Below, in pieces: positions 49,595 through 59,428 of a stretch of 64,000 nt of DNA (position 1 is the first letter of the stretch; every line of letters begins with the position of its first letter). The stretch spans positions 3,360,001 to 3,424,000 of the forward strand of contig OY968796.1 in the NCBI GenBank assembly GCA_963695545.1, written 5' to 3'. This DNA comes from Terriglobia bacterium (GTDB taxonomy: Bacteria; Acidobacteriota; Terriglobia; Acidiferrales; UBA7541). The translations under genes and the position numbers were made by a program. The notes below the pieces were generated by a model, which saw only the letters and a list, made by a program, of their open reading frames with translations, was not told where the DNA came from and did no database searches.

Positions 49595-52500
49595 CTAATT
49601 CGGATTGCCGATTACGATGTAATCGAAGGCGTCGGAGGCGCCGGTGCAGGCGACGGCGAAGGCGCTTGCGGATTTCGCGCTCAGGCTGGCGCCGCCGTGC
49701 GTGGTTTCATCGAAAATTAAAATTACGGGCGTCGAGGAATAGGCGTTAGCGAACGTGATGGTCTTCGCGCCGGAGGCGCAGGCGGACGCGCCGGCAAAAT
49801 CGCTGTTCGCGGCGGACTGATTCATGTGACCGCCGTTCACGAAGCCAGACTGCGCGCGGATTTGTGCGGTGGCGTCGAGTTGATAGGACGGGCTCGCGGT
49901 GCCCAGGCCAGTGTTGCCTTCGAGAACATAATGATTGCCGGCGGCGGTGAAGCGCACAACCGACGCGTTCCCGGATTCTTCTCCGGGCGGCGGAAGCGCG
50001 CCTGTGGTGAGCGACGCGCCGGTATCCACGATTGGGAAACTTGCGCCCGCAACATATCCGTTGACGCCGGCGACGCCGCCGGTGCGGCCGTAGACTTTGT
50101 AGCTCGCGGCGCCGGCGCTCGCATTGCAACTGACCGAAACTTCGCCGTGTCCGCCGCCGCCGGAAATCGTGGCCGTCGCCGTTTGCGACCACCACGATTC
50201 GTACGGCGTCGAAGTCGTCGGCACATCGAGGCCGTTCAGAGCGGTCACGATGTACGTGTAGGTTCCATCGGCGAGAGAGCCGCCGCTGGTTGCCGGGGTT
50301 GCGGCGCAGCTCTGCGGACGTTGCAATCCAACATTCAGCGAGCCGCCTTGCTGTCCGACAATTGAGCCGGCGCTCACGTTGTCATCCGTCGCGGTGACGC
50401 GATTCGCGGCGAAGCCCGCGTTGCCCAGGCTCGTGGTGAATCCGCAGCTTTCGACGGTGCCCTGAAATGGCGCGCCATTGATCGGTCCGGGCAGAAAATT
50501 CCACGCGTCGATGCAGGGATTCGCGCCGTAGGGAGAAAGCACCGTGGATCCGACCCATCCCGCGAGCGCGGAAGGCGGCGTGGACGGATTCTGAATGGTG
50601 ACATTCTGGATCGGGTTGAGATAGCCGACGATGCCCACCATCGGAAGATTCGCGACGCTCGTGTCGTAAACTCCGCCGGAAATATTCAGCGCGTTGATCG
50701 CGAAGTTTTGCGAATCGAGATCGACGAGCGAAGTGAACAGAGTCTCCGCGGTGACATCGGTGAAATCGAAAGTGTTTGAATTTGGGCCGAGGCTCGAGGT
50801 TTCTCCCGAAATCTTTATGCCGCCGTATTCAAAGACGGTGCCGTTCACGAAAACCACGTCGGACGGCGTGCGCGATCCGTTCGCAAGCTCGAACCACACG
50901 GCATCGTCAATGCCGTTGCCCTGATATTTTCCGTGATCGAGCATGGTCCAGCAGCACGCGTCGCGCACTTTCAGCATCGGGCCGTATCCAGTGGTCGCGC
51001 CGAAGGCTTGAATGTTTTGCAAGGACTCGTTGCTTTGGCTATAGATTTCAATCGCGCTGCCGTTCGCGGAATATCCGCCGACGAAGAGATCCTGAAGTTT
51101 TCCCGCGCCGGCGCTGACGCCGGAGAAAAGCACGGGAAGCACGCCGGCGTCGGCCGAAAGCACGGCGGCCACTGGCCCATATCCGAATTGCGATTCGTCG
51201 TAGCCGCCGAGGCCGTGAATGCTCCAGCCCTGGCCGAGCGTGAGCGTGTTTGAGATGTTGAGCGCGCCGATCAGCCGGAAATCACAAGTGCCCGTCGTGG
51301 CCGGCAGATCGAGCGTGCCGTAGGCGTTGTAAAAACCGTTCGCCGCGGGCGCGTAGAGCACGCCGCCGGTCATTGTTCCGCCGCCGCGCGTGGTGGCGCA
51401 GGCCGAAGCCGCGGCGTTGATCGCGGCGGTGTCGTCGTGATAGATGGTCGCGCCGCTCGCGGCGGTTGTCGCGGATGCGCCGAGCGTGAGACTCGTGGTT
51501 CCGCCGCCGGACGCGATCGTGGCGAGCAGCCATTGCGGCGTGGCCGAAGACGGTGGAGCGGTGGGCACGTTCAGCGGCCAATACGCAACCGCGCCGACGC
51601 CGCGATCGACCCACTTGATCGGCTGCGCGATTGCGCCGGCGGTTTCCGTGGTGTTCGTGCCGCTCGATGTCCAGGTCAGCGTGAAAGACGGCGAAGGCGC
51701 GACGGCCGTGACCGTGAACGTGCCGTTGAAATTCGTCGTGCCGGAAACTGTGATTTGGCTGCCGACAATCGCGTAATTGCACGCGGTGCAAAATTGATTC
51801 ACGGACGCGGTGACCGACGAGCCGCCGGTGCGCGTGATGCTTGTGATGTTGTACGGCGGCGAGAGCTCGGCCGAGAACGTGCCCCACGCGGCGCCGTCTT
51901 TGTAAATCGCGTAGAACGCCGCGCCGGTGACCGGCGTGATCGCGCCCTGGATGAAATCCGTCGCGGTGAGCGTGGCCGGCGCGTTGGTCACCGTGAACGA
52001 CGTTGCCGCTGACGCCCCGCGCAGCGAATCGACGGCGACGACTTTGTAAGTGTGCGACGTCGAGCCGGTGGTTCCCTGCACCACGGCGGCGACTCCCGCC
52101 GGCGCGGCGAGCGAGCTCGCGGGGCCGGCGCCGGGGATCATCACGCCTTCACCGTTGGCAAAATCTTGCGCCGACGCGAGCGTTAGCGATGAAGAGCTCG
52201 CGGCGATTGTGCCGGTCGTCGTGGTGCTCGAACCGGACGCGCTCCACGCGGTGACGTCCCAGTAAGGAATCGGGCCTTTGAAAGAATTGTTGCCGGTCCA
52301 CGCGTTGTTCGCGCTGAGATTTCCTCCGCCACCGCCGCCGGTGATCGGATTTCCGTCAACGGTGAGCGTGCCGGCCACAGTCTCGTTTCCGCTAACGCCC
52401 AGATTTCCCGCGAGCGAAAGTGAAAACGCGGAGATGCCGCTGGTCGTGGTGACCGATGTGAACGTCGGCGACGATGGATCGCTCGGCAAAATCACATCGG

Positions 52501-52840
52501 GTAGCACGCGCGTGGTGATGCCGGGGCCGTAAATCTGAATCGTGTATTTTCCGGGCGCGGCGTAGAAAAAATAATTGCCCAGGCCGTCGGTGGAGACGGG
52601 ATTCGCAAGCGGCGTGGTGAGCGCGGAATTGGAATAGAGCGCGGCGAGCGGCGAGCACGGCGCGGTGGTGGTCGTCGCAGGCTCGGTGCAGATCGCAACG
52701 CTCGCGCCGGCCAGCGGCTGGCCGGTCGGGCCGAGCACGACGTCGTCGTGGCGCGAGCCTTGCGCGGCCGCCGTCGTCGCCATTGCCGCGCTCAACATCG
52801 CGCACAGCAGCACCAGTCCAATCAATTTCGGAAATCTCAA
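49595..52840 (-). CDS. tailspike-like protein (beta-helix) with N-terminal signal peptide, 1081 aa
   Basis: Head-binding-like NPVSTDGLGNYFFYAAPG.Y, pectate-lyase-3-like DDTAAINAA, leader MRFPKLIGLVLLCAMLSAAMATTAAA. Confidence 0.75.
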   Translation of the reverse strand: MRFPKLIGLVLLCAMLSAAMATTAAAQGSRHDDVVLGPTGQPLAGASVAICTEPATTTTAPCSPLAALYSNSALTTPLANPVSTDGLGNYFFYAAPGKYTIQIYGPGITTRVLPDVILPSDPSSPTFTSVTTTSGISAFSLSLAGNLGVSGNETVAGTLTVDGNPITGGGGGGNLSANNAWTGNNSFKGPIPYWDVTAWSASGSSTTTTGTIAASSSSLTLASAQDFANGEGVMIPGAGPASSLAAPAGVAAVVQGTTGSTSHTYKVVAVDSLRGASAATSFTVTNAPATLTATDFIQGAITPVTGAAFYAIYKDGAAWGTFSAELSPPYNITSITRTGGSSVTASVNQFCTACNYAIVGSQITVSGTTNFNGTFTVTAVAPSPSFTLTWTSSGTNTTETAGAIAQPIKWVDRGVGAVAYWPLNVPTAPPSSATPQWLLATIASGGGTTSLTLGASATTAASGATIYHDDTAAINAAASACATTRGGGTMTGGVLYAPAANGFYNAYGTLDLPATTGTCDFRLIGALNISNTLTLGQGWSIHGLGGYDESQFGYGPVAAVLSADAGVLPVLFSGVSAGAGKLQDLFVGGYSANGSAIEIYSQSNESLQNIQAFGATTGYGPMLKVRDACCWTMLDHGKYQGNGIDDAVWFELANGSRTPSDVVFVNGTVFEYGGIKISGETSSLGPNSNTFDFTDVTAETLFTSLVDLDSQNFAINALNISGGVYDTSVANLPMVGIVGYLNPIQNVTIQNPSTPPSALAGWVGSTVLSPYGANPCIDAWNFLPGPINGAPFQGTVESCGFTTSLGNAGFAANRVTATDDNVSAGSIVGQQGGSLNVGLQRPQSCAATPATSGGSLADGTYTYIVTALNGLDVPTTSTPYESWWSQTATATISGGGGHGEVSVSCNASAGAASYKVYGRTGGVAGVNGYVAGASFPIVDTGASLTTGALPPPGEESGNASVVRFTAAGNHYVLEGNTGLGTASPSYQLDATAQIRAQSGFVNGGHMNQSAANSDFAGASACASGAKTITFANAYSSTPVILIFDETTHGGASLSAKSASAFAVACTGASDAFDYIVIGNPN

Positions 52841-52904
52841 TGTCTTCTTGCGAAAAGAAAATTCCGGTCAGAGAGGAACGCGAGCCGCGCAAAAGCGGCG
52901 TTGG

Positions 52905-53276
52905 CTACGGCAACATTTTCGCGGTGAATGTGGAACCGCCGGTGGCGCTCGAGACGTTGATGCGCAGGAATTTCGCGCGCACGCCGGTCACGGTGCGCGC
53001 TTCGCCGGCGGTATTCGTGCTGGTGTCGAGCGTCGCGTATTCGGTGGCCACGTCGGCCATCGCGCCTTGCAATTGAATGTTTACGGCCGAGGGCGCGGTG
53101 GCGAAAATAGTTTGCCAGCGCACGGTGCGGTCGTCGCTGGCGAAGCCCGAAGGATTCGTGAGCGCGAATTGCGCGCCGGCGCTCGCCGATGTCGGCAGCG
53201 TCTCGCCGTTGAAGCTGTAGCCCACGTCGCCTGGAAAAAGCGAATACGGCGGCAGCGCATTGTTGTAAGCCGGCAT
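52905..53276 (-). CDS. small beta-rich protein, first gene of the morphogenesis operon
   Basis: GGAGGT RBS, paralogue of 48882..49274. Confidence 0.75.
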   Translation of the reverse strand: MPAYNNALPPYSLFPGDVGYSFNGETLPTSASAGAQFALTNPSGFASDDRTVRWQTIFATAPSAVNIQLQGAMADVATEYATLDTSTNTAGEARTVTGVRAKFLRINVSSATGGSTFTAKMLP

Positions 53277-53441
53277 CGGGACCTCCGTGTGCGATTTGTT
53301 GTGCTGCGCAATCCGGTTCGCAATCGCGCGTCGGCGCGTTCGAGCGCTGACGCGCATTTTTGCGCGCGCGTTCGCACTCGCGCGGTTCGCGATTCTGTCT
53401 GCTGCTTATGCTTCTTGCCCTGCGGCGGGAAAAATCAGTGC

Positions 53442-53471
53442 AAAATAAAAAACCCCGACAGTCTGCCGGGG
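53442..53471 (-). terminator. promoter-proximal intrinsic terminator
   Basis: CCCCGGCA-GAC-TGTCGGGG then TTTTTTATTTT. Confidence 0.75.
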
Positions 53472-53496
53472 CGCTTGACACTTTTCTACAGGAAGC

Positions 53497-53525
53497 AGTA
53501 TAGCGCAGGACGATTTTTTTGTCAA
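53497..53525 (-). promoter_or_regulatory. near-consensus sigma70 late promoter
   Basis: TTGACA (53525-53520), 17 nt, TATACT (53502-53497). Confidence 0.75.
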
Positions 53526-53659
53526 GGCCCTCGGCGATTTTTAATTTCCATTCTTTGGGAGTGCGATATATCCTCCGCCGCAGTGGGGCGCGAAAAAGAG
53601 ATTCTTGGCGACGCGATGCAGAGCGCGCGCGCAGCGTGGCGAAGAACCGCGTAGAAGAA

Positions 53660-55552
53660 ATGGGGGCGGCGATGCGAACGAGCGGAACTGTGGCGGCGAT
53701 GCGGAGATTGGTGCCGCGGCGCTGGAGAACTTCGCTGCGCTCGAGCGCGCTGACGCGGATCGCGCTAACGCCGCTCGTAGCGTTCACTTCGCTTGCGGCG
53801 CTCGCGTTGTGCGCGATTCCGACGGCGAGCGCGCCGCCAGCTACTCCGACGACCACCGAGCGGCTGCAAACGCTGGCGCAATCGATCACGTTCGATTGGG
53901 CGGCGACGCATCCGCTCGTCGCGACGGCGCTTGGCTTGAGCGACGAAGATGGGCAGCTCGACACGCCGTCGGCCGCGGAGAACGCGCGCGATCTGGCGAC
54001 GATTCAAGGTTGGGAGAGCGATCTCGACGCGATTCCGCTCGACGCCGCCTCGATGCGCGATGTGGACGACGCGAAGCTGCTGCGCGCGCAGCTTGTGAAC
54101 TACGAGCGGCAATACACGATTTACAAAACGTATGAGAAGGACCCGTCCGGGCCGGCGGTGGCGATTGTCGGCGCGATCTACACGCAATTTCTGCATTTGC
54201 CGATCGCCGGCACCGACGGCGCGAGCGAGGCCGACGTCGACGCGGCGTGGAAGAAAATTATTTCGCGCGTGGCCGCGGCGCCCGCGTACATCACGGCGGG
54301 CAACGCGCTGGTGACGCATCCGGGACATCTTTATGGCGTGACCGGCTCGGAGGAGCTGGCCGGCGCGCCGGATCTTTTTAATGGTCCGCTGACCGACGCG
54401 GCGAAGGCGCAGCTCTCCGCCGATCGATTCGCGGCGTTCGTGCGCGCGCGCGACGCCACGCTGGCGGTGATCGACGAGACCAAGAAAAATATCGACGCGA
54501 ACGCGGCGTCGTGGCCCGAAAATTACGCCATGGGCCGCGCCGCTTACGACGCGATGCTGCGTGATGAATTGCTGCTGCCATTTAACTCGAGCGAAATCGA
54601 AAGCATGGGGCGCGACGAGCTCGCGCACGGAGCCGCCGTGCAATTCTGGACGGAAGCGCTGGCCGCCGAGCGCGGCACGCCGATTGGCGCCGCGAGCGGC
54701 GGAGGTCTTGCGCCCGGAGGGCCCGCGCTGATCGATTACTATCGCGCGCGCATCGCGCAACTGCGCGATTTCGTCGTCGCGCATCATGTGGTGGACGTGC
54801 CGGCGTGGCTCGGCGAAATCAACGTGATCGAGACGCCGAAGTTTTTGCAACCGGTGTCGCCGGGCGCGTCGATGAATCCGCCACTGCTTTTCAGCAAAAG
54901 CTCCACCGGATTTTATTTCATCACGCCGCCGGTCTCGCTGGCGGACGCGGCGAAGAATCTCGATCCCAACGAGGATTTCGACAGCGATCGCATTCTGCAG
55001 ACCGCCGCGCACGAAGCCATGCCCGGACATTTTCTACAGCTTTCGATCGCGCGGCGCAATCCGGATTTCGTGCGCAAGATTCAGAGCAGCGGCGAGTTCA
55101 TGGAGGGCTGGGCGTATTACGGCGAAGAAATGTTCGTGCAGCTGGGATTGTACGGCGATCATCTCGATGGCCGCTACGACGCGGCGCAGTGGGAGCGCGT
55201 GCGCGGCGCGCGCGCCATCGTCGATCCCGAACTTGCCAGCGGCGATTGGAGCTTCGAGCGCGCCGTGGAATTTTTCGCGCACGAAACCGGCTTCACGCCC
55301 GAGCAGGCCAAAGCCGCCGTCTCCGCAATCGCGCTCGGACCAGGCTACGTGATTTCCTACACCGCCGGCCGCGAGCAGATCGAAACGCTGCTCAGCGATT
55401 ATCGAGCGAAAGTCGGCGCCGCCGCGTCGCTCGAAGATTTCCACGATCGCCTGCTCTGCTACGGCTCGACCCCGCTCTCGATCGTAGGCCCTGAGCTGCT
55501 AGCCGATCTCGCCAAGCCGCTCGACGAGGTCCGCGCTAACGCCGGATATTGA
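53660..55552 (+). CDS. DUF885 family protein (start uncertain)
   Basis: HEAMPGHFLQ, EGWAYYGEE, RAIVD, Y..G..QI, FHDRLL.YG..P. Signal-like hydrophobic stretch. Confidence 0.9.
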   Translation: MGAAMRTSGTVAAMRRLVPRRWRTSLRSSALTRIALTPLVAFTSLAALALCAIPTASAPPATPTTTERLQTLAQSITFDWAATHPLVATALGLSDEDGQLDTPSAAENARDLATIQGWESDLDAIPLDAASMRDVDDAKLLRAQLVNYERQYTIYKTYEKDPSGPAVAIVGAIYTQFLHLPIAGTDGASEADVDAAWKKIISRVAAAPAYITAGNALVTHPGHLYGVTGSEELAGAPDLFNGPLTDAAKAQLSADRFAAFVRARDATLAVIDETKKNIDANAASWPENYAMGRAAYDAMLRDELLLPFNSSEIESMGRDELAHGAAVQFWTEALAAERGTPIGAASGGGLAPGGPALIDYYRARIAQLRDFVVAHHVVDVPAWLGEINVIETPKFLQPVSPGASMNPPLLFSKSSTGFYFITPPVSLADAAKNLDPNEDFDSDRILQTAAHEAMPGHFLQLSIARRNPDFVRKIQSSGEFMEGWAYYGEEMFVQLGLYGDHLDGRYDAAQWERVRGARAIVDPELASGDWSFERAVEFFAHETGFTPEQAKAAVSAIALGPGYVISYTAGREQIETLLSDYRAKVGAAASLEDFHDRLLCYGSTPLSIVGPELLADLAKPLDEVRANAGY

Positions 55553-55562
55553 AACGATCTCA

Positions 55563-55740
55563 GGGGATTGTGCCTTTGACACAAAGTAGATGCCAAGCGT
55601 CGCCCTGCTTACCTAGACGAAATGTGCTTCCGGTTCAACGACCGTGACAGTCCTTATCTATTCCGCGACCCGCTCACCAAGATGATTCAAGCGCCAGATC
55701 TCGAATTGAAAGAGCTTGTTGCGGAACGGCCTGAGTCTGC
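55563..55740 (+). pseudogene. IS1595-family transposase C-terminal remnant
   Basis: Translates to AYLDEMCFRFNDRDSPYLFRD, resembling the IS1595 YL.E..FR.N.R motif. Confidence 0.6.
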
Positions 55741-55756
55741 GGCTGGGATGTTAACT

Positions 55757-56794
55757 CTAATTCAGGTGCAGAGCGCCGTATTCTATGCGGTCAGCGCAGA
55801 GCTTGCGAAGCGAAAGAATGGACGAAGGGTCTCTTGAGAACCCCCCGCCTGCGCATGCGAGAAGGAGTCCTTGGCCCGCATGTAACTGATAGACTAAGGT
55901 CTGGGCATCTTTGAATCTAGCGTTCCACTCCGAGTTTAGTCGATCCCCAAATTGTTCAGAAGCCTTTCGATCCGCATCTTGGACTGCGGGAGTCCATCCT
56001 GCGGGTGAGGCCGCGGTCGGCTTTGGCACATCCTGCGAAACCGAAGCAATCCAATCGTCGATTTCTTTTGCCATTTCTAGCCCCCGTCGCTTCAGATCTT
56101 GTGTTTGGGCAGGGGTCAGAGCAGGGGAAAATGGGGGGCTTGACGAAGGGGGACTTGAAGCCTGCGCAGCATTAGCTTGCTGCTGGCGCGAAATGGCTTC
56201 CGAATCAAGATGCCCCTGAACTCCGAGTGCCCTGATACCCACGTCAACCGTCGCCTCAATTTCTTCGCGCGTAAAATCAATTTCCTTTCGCTCTGCGGAA
56301 AATTCTTGTTCCTGCTGATTGAATAAATCGGATTCCTTTTGCAAGAGGGCCTCGAAACCTTTTTGCTCTTGGTCCTGTGTTGCTTTATTTGCAGCGATCG
56401 TCGCCCTGAATTGTTTGTTGTTCGTCGTAATCTCCGCGTTTGTGCTGTCAATTGTGGCCTGTACACCGGCGACGATCTTATTAAATTGGCACAGACTCGT
56501 TTCATACCTAGATTCTGCGACGTTAGCAGCGGCCTGAGCATCGGCATCAGCTTTAGAATGCTCCCTGTCGGATGCTGTCTTGCCAACTAAACCCATGGCC
56601 ACAATAACGACAATGTAGATTGCCTTTTGCCATGGCCTCATGTCCGCCAACATCATCAGAGCCACGAACACGCCGAATCCGAGCAATAGATAATCGGAGT
56701 TCGGCCGGAAGTAAAGATAAACGCATAACAAAACGCCAAGAACTTGAAGCGGGGTATGAAACCAGAGATTCGTTGGGTTTGGATTTTCCTCGGA
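55757..56794 (-). CDS. membrane-anchored coiled-coil hypothetical protein (lower-GC cargo)
   Basis: GGAGG RBS before GTG, three N-terminal TM segments, then coiled coil. Confidence 0.7.
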   Translation of the reverse strand, partial: SEENPNPTNLWFHTPLQVLGVLLCVYLYFRPNSDYLLLGFGVFVALMMLADMRPWQKAIYIVVIVAMGLVGKTASDREHSKADADAQAAANVAESRYETSLCQFNKIVAGVQATIDSTNAEITTNNKQFRATIAANKATQDQEQKGFEALLQKESDLFNQQEQEFSAERKEIDFTREEIEATVDVGIRALGVQGHLDSEAISRQQQANAAQASSPPSSSPPFSPALTPAQTQDLKRRGLEMAKEIDDWIASVSQDVPKPTAASPAGWTPAVQDADRKASEQFGDRLNSEWNARFKDAQTLVYQLHAGQGLLLACAGGGFSRDPSSILSLRKLCADRIEYGALHLN

Positions 56795-56855
56795 CACGCC
56801 CCCTCCTCCACGCATGACTTAAGTGGAAAAGAGTACCGCCAACGCATACCTTGTG

Positions 56856-57245
56856 TCATCGGGACGACCCTGCCAAGAAATATCTCCCCGGCGGATACAC
56901 GCCGCGGCGCACGAGTTCGCGGCCGACGCTGCGGCGAATCTGGATCGCCCAGTCGGCCCAAGTGTCAGGAGAGATGCCGAGCTCGCGGCGCGCGCGCTCG
57001 TATTCGGCGCCGCCGAGATAGAACATGCGGAACATGATCATGCGGCTGGCCTGACGCCGATCGAGCGCGGCCTCGCCGGCCAGCGCGAAATCGGCGACGT
57101 AATCGCCCAAGCGCGCGCGGCGATCCGGCCGCCAGCGATATTCCGACGAGCGCTCGGCGTGCATGATCGGAATTTTTTCGGCCAGCACATCGCGCGCGGC
57201 GCGGTAGACCTCGTGGCAAACATCAAAGGCCGTTTCTGCTTTCAT
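56856..57245 (-). CDS. putative late-gene regulator (sigma region-4-like HTH; Q/RinA-like position)
   Basis: GGAGG RBS, MFRMFYLGG.EY..ARRELGIS HTH-like. Last early gene before the late promoter. Confidence 0.6.
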   Translation of the reverse strand: MKAETAFDVCHEVYRAARDVLAEKIPIMHAERSSEYRWRPDRRARLGDYVADFALAGEAALDRRQASRMIMFRMFYLGGAEYERARRELGISPDTWADWAIQIRRSVGRELVRRGVYPPGRYFLAGSSR

Positions 57246-57346
57246 CGCGTGCCTCCACCGGCCTTTATCAGGATGGCCGCGACTGTCGTTCTGAGCTCGC
57301 CGCGCAGCGCCGCGCGACCCACACTAAGATTTGCTCACCATATTTA

Positions 57347-58396
57347 TCAGCGCCCGTTCGCAGCGCCCTTCGCCCGCGTCGGAGCCGCGTCGCGCGCGCC
57401 GTCGCCAGATTTCTTCGTCGGCGCATCGCCTGGCGCGCGCAGCGGCGGCAATTCCGGGCCGCGGCCGACGTTCAAATCGCGCGCGAGCTGCAGCGCCTTC
57501 GCGTCCTGCCGAGATTGCCACCACGCCGGCGGCGCGGGCGATGATCGTCCTTGATTCGCGGCCGAAGATCCGCCGACGAACGGCCGCGCCGTCGCTCGAT
57601 TCCCTGCCGCCGGCGACGTGCGGCTTGCCCAGGGATCGAGCGATCGCGCCGCCTGCGCAAATGCGCGCTCGGCGGTCCCGCGCACATCGCCGGTGAATGA
57701 ATCTCCCTGCGCGGGTTCGATGAAGTGTGCTTTGGCAGTTCGTTCTGCAGTTCTTTCCAGAGAGGGTTGAGGCAGTGGCAGTCGCCTTTGCGGATTTTTC
57801 TCCCGCCCCAAATCCAAATTCTGATTCCGATACAAATCCGAATCCTGTGGTTGAGCCGGCTCAATCCCCGCCTTGAGTTCGCTCAAGCCCGAGCTTGAGT
57901 GTCTGCAAGATCCCTGCGCGGTTTCCTGCCCGGCATTTTCTTCACGAAGTTGCACCGCGCGGTCCACCGATGATTGCGAAATTTGCGCCGCCTGCTGTTT
58001 CGCGCCGCGCGAAAATCGCGCCACGTACTCCGCCAGCTCTTTGCGCGGCACCGGCGGCGCCAATTTTTCGAGGCGCACCCGCCACGACGGCGCCGGCAAG
58101 CGTCCCGGCACATCGCTGCCGGTCCAATGACCGTAGCGCTTGCCACTCGATTCCCAACGGAACAACAATCCGCGCGCGCCAAATTCATCGAAGACCTGCT
58201 CGAGCCGCTCGATCGTGAAGTTGCGCCGAATCGCGGCCACGCGTCCCCAAATCACGCGCAGATTCGTGAGCTCGAAACTTCCCGACGCGTCGGCCAATCC
58301 GTAGAGCCACGCGTATTCCGCCTGCGCCCACTCCGCGCACGCCGCAAGTTTGTCGGATGACCACATCGCGTCGGCATCAATCACGCGCTTTGGCAC
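57347..58396 (-). CDS. phage replication-initiator-like protein (N-terminal winged helix, disordered C-terminus)
   Basis: GGAGGT RBS, MPKR.I....W.S.K....W....LAD..G pattern typical of replisome-organiser N-domains. Confidence 0.6.
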   Translation of the reverse strand: MPKRVIDADAMWSSDKLAACAEWAQAEYAWLYGLADASGSFELTNLRVIWGRVAAIRRNFTIERLEQVFDEFGARGLLFRWESSGKRYGHWTGSDVPGRLPAPSWRVRLEKLAPPVPRKELAEYVARFSRGAKQQAAQISQSSVDRAVQLREENAGQETAQGSCRHSSSGLSELKAGIEPAQPQDSDLYRNQNLDLGREKNPQRRLPLPQPSLERTAERTAKAHFIEPAQGDSFTGDVRGTAERAFAQAARSLDPWASRTSPAAGNRATARPFVGGSSAANQGRSSPAPPAWWQSRQDAKALQLARDLNVGRGPELPPLRAPGDAPTKKSGDGARDAAPTRAKGAANGR

Positions 58397-58635
58397 AACG
58401 CACCTCCCTGTTCACAATCGTTCACTTGTTTTTCCCGCGTGTTCAGATCGTGCACGTTCGGTGACATGTTCATGCGCGGTCCGACGCGATCGATTCGTGC
58501 ACATTCGATGACACGTTACATCGCGCGCGTAACGCGATCGCGCGCGCCGAGCATCGATCGCCGCGCCGCAAAAGTCCGCGCGCCCGAAATGGAACTCGCG
58601 TCGCAGCGCGATCACCGCCGATTTTTTGCCGCGCC

Positions 58636-59082
58636 TCACGCGCCCGACGCGATCCGGTATTCCCATTTTCCCGGTGGGCAGAGTTTTGTCCTCGCCGCGG
58701 TCTCTTCGCTGTCGCGGCGCCGCTTCGACACGCGGAATCCGCCGAACATCGGCTTGCGCAGATGCCGCAGTTGCGCCGAGATCGAGGCCTCGCCGTAGCC
58801 CGTGATTCGCGAGAGCTCTGTCAACGTCAACCAGGCGCCGCACTCCGCGGCTGACTGCATGACGTCGCGCACGAATTCCAGCTGCGTGCGCGTGCTCTCC
58901 CGATCGTAAAGCCGCCGCCAACTGGGATAACCGGCTATGCGTTGAATAACTTGCAGGCTGATGTGTTGCATGTCGCCCCCTTTTCGATACCCGACCGAAT
59001 ACGGCCGCATTGCGTCCGATAACGTTTCGTGATCCCACCGTACCGTAGCACTCTCGGCGCTTGCGTCCGCTAACGCCCGCAC
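58636..59082 (-). CDS. HTH DNA-binding protein (start may be 58972)
   Basis: WLTLTELSRITGYGEASISAQLRHLRK...WEYRI winged HTH. Confidence 0.7.
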   Translation of the reverse strand: MRALADASAESATVRWDHETLSDAMRPYSVGYRKGGDMQHISLQVIQRIAGYPSWRRLYDRESTRTQLEFVRDVMQSAAECGAWLTLTELSRITGYGEASISAQLRHLRKPMFGGFRVSKRRRDSEETAARTKLCPPGKWEYRIASGA

Positions 59083-59428
59083 TCATCTCCCATCGTCCAT
59101 TACTCCTTATTTTTCCTAACGTTCACAGTTCCCGCCCGCCCGCGCGAGCCCGCCGCTCCCCGCGTATTTTCCACATCCCTCTCGAATATCTCCGCGCCTC
59201 CGGGTCCCTCGCCGGTCTTCGGATGGTCGTCAGTTTTCGCTTCCCGATCGGGCGCAGTCGTGTCAGGATTCTGGTAGTCGCCGGCACACCCGCTGCAGGC
59301 GTCCAGGACGCGGCTCTCGCCCGGCCTAGTAGTACTAGATCGTATCTTGTAACCCCTGTAATAAATAACTGTACTTCTACTACACGCTTAAGTAATAATT
59401 GGTATACGCTCACAAGGAGCCTAGGCCC

